DNA of 64,000 bases from an uncultured Desulfurococcales archaeon (GTDB lineage: Archaea; Thermoproteota; Thermoprotei_A; EX4484-217-1). Below are positions 60,143 to 64,000 of this stretch, one piece after another. The notes beneath the pieces were generated by a model, which was not told where the DNA came from, ran no database searches, and saw only the letters and a program-made list of their open reading frames with translations. Where the stretch lies: NCBI GenBank assembly GCA_964526225.1, contig CAZGLL010000001.1:58903-122902 (forward strand), read 5' to 3'. Every line of letters begins with the position of its first letter. Position 1 is the stretch's first letter. Position numbers and translations under genes: made by a program.

Positions 60143-61975
60143 ATGTGCGGTATTGTTGGTTTAACATGCTTACCTGGAAAAATAGTTAATCCCGCTAGAG
60201 CGGTTAGGAAAAGCCTTGAGAAGTTAGAGTATAGGGGATATGATAGTGTAGGGATAGCTGTAATATTTAATGGAAAAATAATTATAAAGAAAGGGAAGGG
60301 GAAGATACATGAAGTACATTTAAAACTTAACTTCGACGGAACACCTGGTAGCACTGTTATAGGACATACTCGTTGGGCAACTCATGGCGCACCAAGCGAT
60401 GTAAACGCCCATCCTCATAGTGATTGTTTAGGCGCTATAGCCGTTGTTCATAATGGAATAATTAAGAACTTTGATGAACTCAGAAGAGAACTAATAATGA
60501 AAGGACATGTATTTCATAGTGATACAGATACAGAAGTTGTTTCACATCTTGTTGAAGACTATATTAGGAAAGGTTTAAAACCATATGATGCATTTAAGGA
60601 AGCTATTAAGAAAATTAAAGGTAGTTATGCTATAGCATTAATAATGACATATGAACCAAACAAAATATTTTTTGCTAAAAAAGATTCTCCACTCATTATA
60701 GGTTTAGGTGAAGGATTCAATTTCTTAGCAAGCGATATACCTGCATTTCTTGAATATACCCGTAAAATCATTGTTTTAAGAGATAACGAGGTAGGTTATA
60801 TAACCCCAACAAACATAATCATAGAGGACATGGTGACAGGAGAAAAAGTAAATGTTCGAACAAGAGTAAGAACTGTGAATTGGACCCCAGAAATGGCAGC
60901 TAAGGCAGGTTATCCACACTTCATGCTTAAGGAAATTCATGAACAACCCAGAGCACTTAATGAAACACTTTTAGGATTAGGTATGGAAGTTGATAAGGCA
61001 GCAGAACTCATTTTAAAAGCTGATAGAGTATTTATTGCCGCTGCTGGGACAAGCTATCATGCTGGACTTGTTTTCGAATATTATCTTGCTAAAATACCCG
61101 GTATAATGTCACATGCATTCATATCCAGCGAATATTCCAAATACTCTAAGATTGCTAATTCAAATGACCTACTAGTAGCCATATCGCAAAGCGGTGAAAC
61201 CATAGACACGCTTATGGCTTTAAGACTTTTCAAGGAAAACGGAGCAAAAGTAATTTCTATCTCTAACGTAATAGATAGCGCTATCCCGAGAGAAAGTGAT
61301 TTAACAGTGTACACCAGAGCTGGACCCGAAATAGGTGTTGCAGCAACTAAAACATTTACAACACAAGTTCTAGTAGAACTCGTATTAGCTTTAAAAGTAG
61401 CTGAACTTAAAGGCGATTTGTTACCCTCAGAATATTCTGAAGAAATAGCTAAACTAAGCAAAATACCTAAGACAGTTGAAGAAATAATCTTGAAAAATGA
61501 AGCATTAACCTTACAATTAGCCGATACTTTAAGCTACAAAAATAACATCTATTACCTTGGAAGAGGATTAGGCGTACCTATAGCTAAGGAGGGCGCTTTA
61601 AAACTTAAAGAAATAGCTTATATTCATGCAGAAGCATATCCTGCAGGAGAAAGTAAACATGGTCCTATAGCTCTAGTTGAAAAGGGCTTTCCCGTACTAT
61701 TCGTTGTTCTAGATGACGAAAATAAGGAGAGCATAGTGGGGAACATTATGGAAATGAAAGCACGTGACGCATATACCATAGGGCTATTGACTTATGGGAA
61801 CGATGAAATTGCGGAAAAACTTGATTTCGCATTTACGCTTCCGCAACAAGAATATTTAGTTGCCCCAATAACTTATATGCCAGTTTTACAGTTAATTGCG
61901 TATTATACAGCTGTGAAAAGAGGGTATGATCCTGATAAACCGAGAAACTTAGCTAAAACAGTTACAGTAGAATAG
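60143..61975 (+). CDS. glmS: Glutamine--fructose-6-phosphate aminotransferase (isomerising)
   Basis: N-terminal MCGIVG nucleophile, two SIS domains, C-terminal ...KTVTVE. 610 aa. Confidence 0.95.
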   Translation: MCGIVGLTCLPGKIVNPARAVRKSLEKLEYRGYDSVGIAVIFNGKIIIKKGKGKIHEVHLKLNFDGTPGSTVIGHTRWATHGAPSDVNAHPHSDCLGAIAVVHNGIIKNFDELRRELIMKGHVFHSDTDTEVVSHLVEDYIRKGLKPYDAFKEAIKKIKGSYAIALIMTYEPNKIFFAKKDSPLIIGLGEGFNFLASDIPAFLEYTRKIIVLRDNEVGYITPTNIIIEDMVTGEKVNVRTRVRTVNWTPEMAAKAGYPHFMLKEIHEQPRALNETLLGLGMEVDKAAELILKADRVFIAAAGTSYHAGLVFEYYLAKIPGIMSHAFISSEYSKYSKIANSNDLLVAISQSGETIDTLMALRLFKENGAKVISISNVIDSAIPRESDLTVYTRAGPEIGVAATKTFTTQVLVELVLALKVAELKGDLLPSEYSEEIAKLSKIPKTVEEIILKNEALTLQLADTLSYKNNIYYLGRGLGVPIAKEGALKLKEIAYIHAEAYPAGESKHGPIALVEKGFPVLFVVLDDENKESIVGNIMEMKARDAYTIGLLTYGNDEIAEKLDFAFTLPQQEYLVAPITYMPVLQLIAYYTAVKRGYDPDKPRNLAKTVTVE

Positions 61976-61996
61976 TTAAGTTTAGGGTGTGTTAAG

Positions 61997-63226
61997 TTGT
62001 CCTTACATTCAAGAATAAAGGCTATAGTTTTAGCGGGAGGTAGAGGGGAAAGACTGCAACCATTAACCACACATACACCTAAGCCCTTAATAAGGATCGT
62101 TGGTAAAGCACTCATAGACTATGTTTTAGAAGGTTTAACAACATTACCTTTGGAAGAAGTTATCGTAGTTGTTTCTGATAAGAGGGTAAGCAGGTACGTT
62201 ATTGAAAAATGGGGTTCGAAATTTCTCCTTACAATAGCTTATCAGAGAAAGCCAGGAATAGAAGGAGCAATATTGGTGGCAAAAGAGTTCTTAGGCAGAA
62301 ATGAAAGTTTCGTTTTAGCATACGGGGACATTATAGTTGATAGAGAAGCATATCTAAGAACCTATGAAACGTATCTAAGCAAAGGCCTCGATGGGGTGAT
62401 AATGCTATCTCCTAAAATAGATGTAGAATCCTACGGTATAGCTTACGTTAGTGAAGAAAAAGTATCGAAAGTTGAAGAAAAACCTTTACCGCAACGTGCT
62501 AGGAGTACGTTAGCTATTGCTGGCGTTTTTGTATTACCCTACACTGTTTTCGAATACTTAGAGGAAAACCTAAGCTTTACTGAAGCATTAAATAAGTTAG
62601 CGATGACGAAAACGCTTACTTATTACATATGGAGTAAGTGGTGGGTTGACATAGGGTACCCCTGGGACATTCTAGAAGCAAATAAAAATATACTTTCAGA
62701 GTTTAAAGGATCGTATATTAGCGATAAAGCTCATGTTTCATCTAAAGCTATAGTTGAAGGGAAAGTTTACATAGATAATGGAGCCGAGATCGATCATAAT
62801 GCAATAATTAAAGGACCTGTGTATATAGGTAAAAATAGTTTCATAGGAGCAGGAGCTTTTGTAAGAAAATACGCTTCAATAGAAGAAGAAGTTATTGTGG
62901 GAGCCTATTCTGAAGTTAAAAACTCCTCAATACAGCCCAATGTAACGATAAGCTCCTTCAGCTTTATAGGGGATTCAATAATTGGTTCAAATACAACAAT
63001 AGGCCCTAGAACAATAACGTTAAACATTGTTCCTTCGGGAGTTAAGGTTAGTAGACTTCATCCATTGAAAGTAAAGGATAAGGTTGTATCGAAACTTGGA
63101 GCAATAATAGGCTGTAATTGCTATATAGGAGCTAGTAGCGTACTTTATGCTGGAAGTGTTGTTGAAAGTGATACTAAGTTGAAGCCTTTCTCAGTAGTTG
63201 AAACGAATCTTTCAAAATACGCTTAA
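61997..63226 (+). CDS. Bifunctional sugar-1-phosphate nucleotidyltransferase / acetyltransferase (GlmU-like, ST0452-type)
   Basis: N-terminal LAGGRGERLQPLT nucleotidyltransferase motif. C-terminal left-handed beta-helix hexapeptide repeats. Immediately downstream of glmS. Confidence 0.8.
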   Translation: MSLHSRIKAIVLAGGRGERLQPLTTHTPKPLIRIVGKALIDYVLEGLTTLPLEEVIVVVSDKRVSRYVIEKWGSKFLLTIAYQRKPGIEGAILVAKEFLGRNESFVLAYGDIIVDREAYLRTYETYLSKGLDGVIMLSPKIDVESYGIAYVSEEKVSKVEEKPLPQRARSTLAIAGVFVLPYTVFEYLEENLSFTEALNKLAMTKTLTYYIWSKWWVDIGYPWDILEANKNILSEFKGSYISDKAHVSSKAIVEGKVYIDNGAEIDHNAIIKGPVYIGKNSFIGAGAFVRKYASIEEEVIVGAYSEVKNSSIQPNVTISSFSFIGDSIIGSNTTIGPRTITLNIVPSGVKVSRLHPLKVKDKVVSKLGAIIGCNCYIGASSVLYAGSVVESDTKLKPFSVVETNLSKYA

Positions 63227-63957
63227 ACAAGCCTATACTCTATTCCCCTATGAAGATAAGCTAATCCTTCATCAACAAGAGCTCTTAAAAGCAATTTTTC
63301 CTTCTCATTTAGCTCTCTTACTTGCTCCTTAGGTATAGGAAATTTCTTCTTAAATTCCTCGTAAAATTCTCTATAAACAACAAGGGATGAAATAACGATT
63401 ACGGTGCCTGATCTAACATATTCCTCAATTGACTTTAAAGCTAAATTTCTAGCAATACTAATATCAATAACTTTTTCTCTTTTTAGCTCTGAAATAAGCC
63501 TATCTTCTAAAACACTCTTCTCCTTCCATTTAACATGGAATGTTTTTATTGCTCCATAAAGTTCATTAACTTTTTTCTTTAATGCCTCCAGTTCTTTTTG
63601 TAGTGTGTTTACTCTTTCAGTTACCGATTTAACGTCCTTATCCAGTCTATGATGTTCTGCTAATAGGGTGTTGAGTATTTCTTCAAGACTCTTTAAATTT
63701 CTTAGAACCTCCATTAGTTTATCGCTAGGAGCGGAAACATGTTTTCCCTTAAGTTCCTCTTCATACAACGTAAATGGCTCTTTTAGTGATGATACAGCAT
63801 AGCCAAAACCTGTCTTAATAATTACTCCCTTATCTCTTAACCTGTAAAGTGCCGATTGAACTCTACCATAACTAACGCCTAGTGCTTCAGCTATTTCTTT
63901 AGCATTTGCTCCCGGATTTTCTTTTAGGAATGCTAATATTTTCTTTTCCAAACTCAT
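63223..63957 (-). CDS. Winged-helix protein with a central coiled coil
   Basis: N-terminal wHTH (ILAFLKENPGANAKEIAEALGVSYGRVQSALYRLRDKGVI) and a heptad-rich middle region. 244 aa. Confidence 0.4.
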   Translation of the reverse strand: MSLEKKILAFLKENPGANAKEIAEALGVSYGRVQSALYRLRDKGVIIKTGFGYAVSSLKEPFTLYEEELKGKHVSAPSDKLMEVLRNLKSLEEILNTLLAEHHRLDKDVKSVTERVNTLQKELEALKKKVNELYGAIKTFHVKWKEKSVLEDRLISELKREKVIDISIARNLALKSIEEYVRSGTVIVISSLVVYREFYEEFKKKFPIPKEQVRELNEKEKLLLRALVDEGLAYLHRGIEYRLV

Positions 63958-64000
63958 AACCTAATACCAAGTGGTAAATATACGACTATGTCTTAGAAAA

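Overview
This looks like a chromosomal segment from a crenarchaeon, probably Sulfolobales. It is AT-rich (roughly 35% GC by eye) with short intergenic regions, and it carries reverse gyrase, Alba, RadA, XPB and a gatCAB operon. Most of the window is densely packed housekeeping genes on both strands. These include gatC-gatA-gatB, XPB helicase, an Lhr-like helicase, the NAD(P)HX repair enzyme Nnr, threonine synthase, glutamine synthetase, TrpRS, ThrRS, mevalonate kinase and glmS with a GlmU-like nucleotidyltransferase. There is also a lipoylation cluster made of a split lipoate-protein ligase (LplA catalytic domain plus a separate C-terminal-domain protein) divergent from two tandem radical-SAM proteins of the LipS1/LipS2 type. 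None of the following is captured by the ORF track. (i) About ten short GC-rich intergenic islands fit the canonical archaeal C/D-box sRNA layout (C box, 12 nt, D', C', 12 nt, D box). (ii) A roughly 220-nt GC-rich, strongly self-complementary non-coding element sits immediately upstream of a TnpB-like RuvC nuclease gene that has lost its zinc finger. (iii) An AEC-family transporter gene is disrupted at a 15-bp perfect palindrome. (iv) A JAMM/MPN protease gene is convergent with a MoaD-MoaE fusion. (v) A threonine-synthase-like PLP enzyme is fused to a C-terminal PadR-type HTH. (vi) Several inverted repeats lie in the radA and glnA promoter regions. I found no CRISPR array, rRNA or convincing tRNA.
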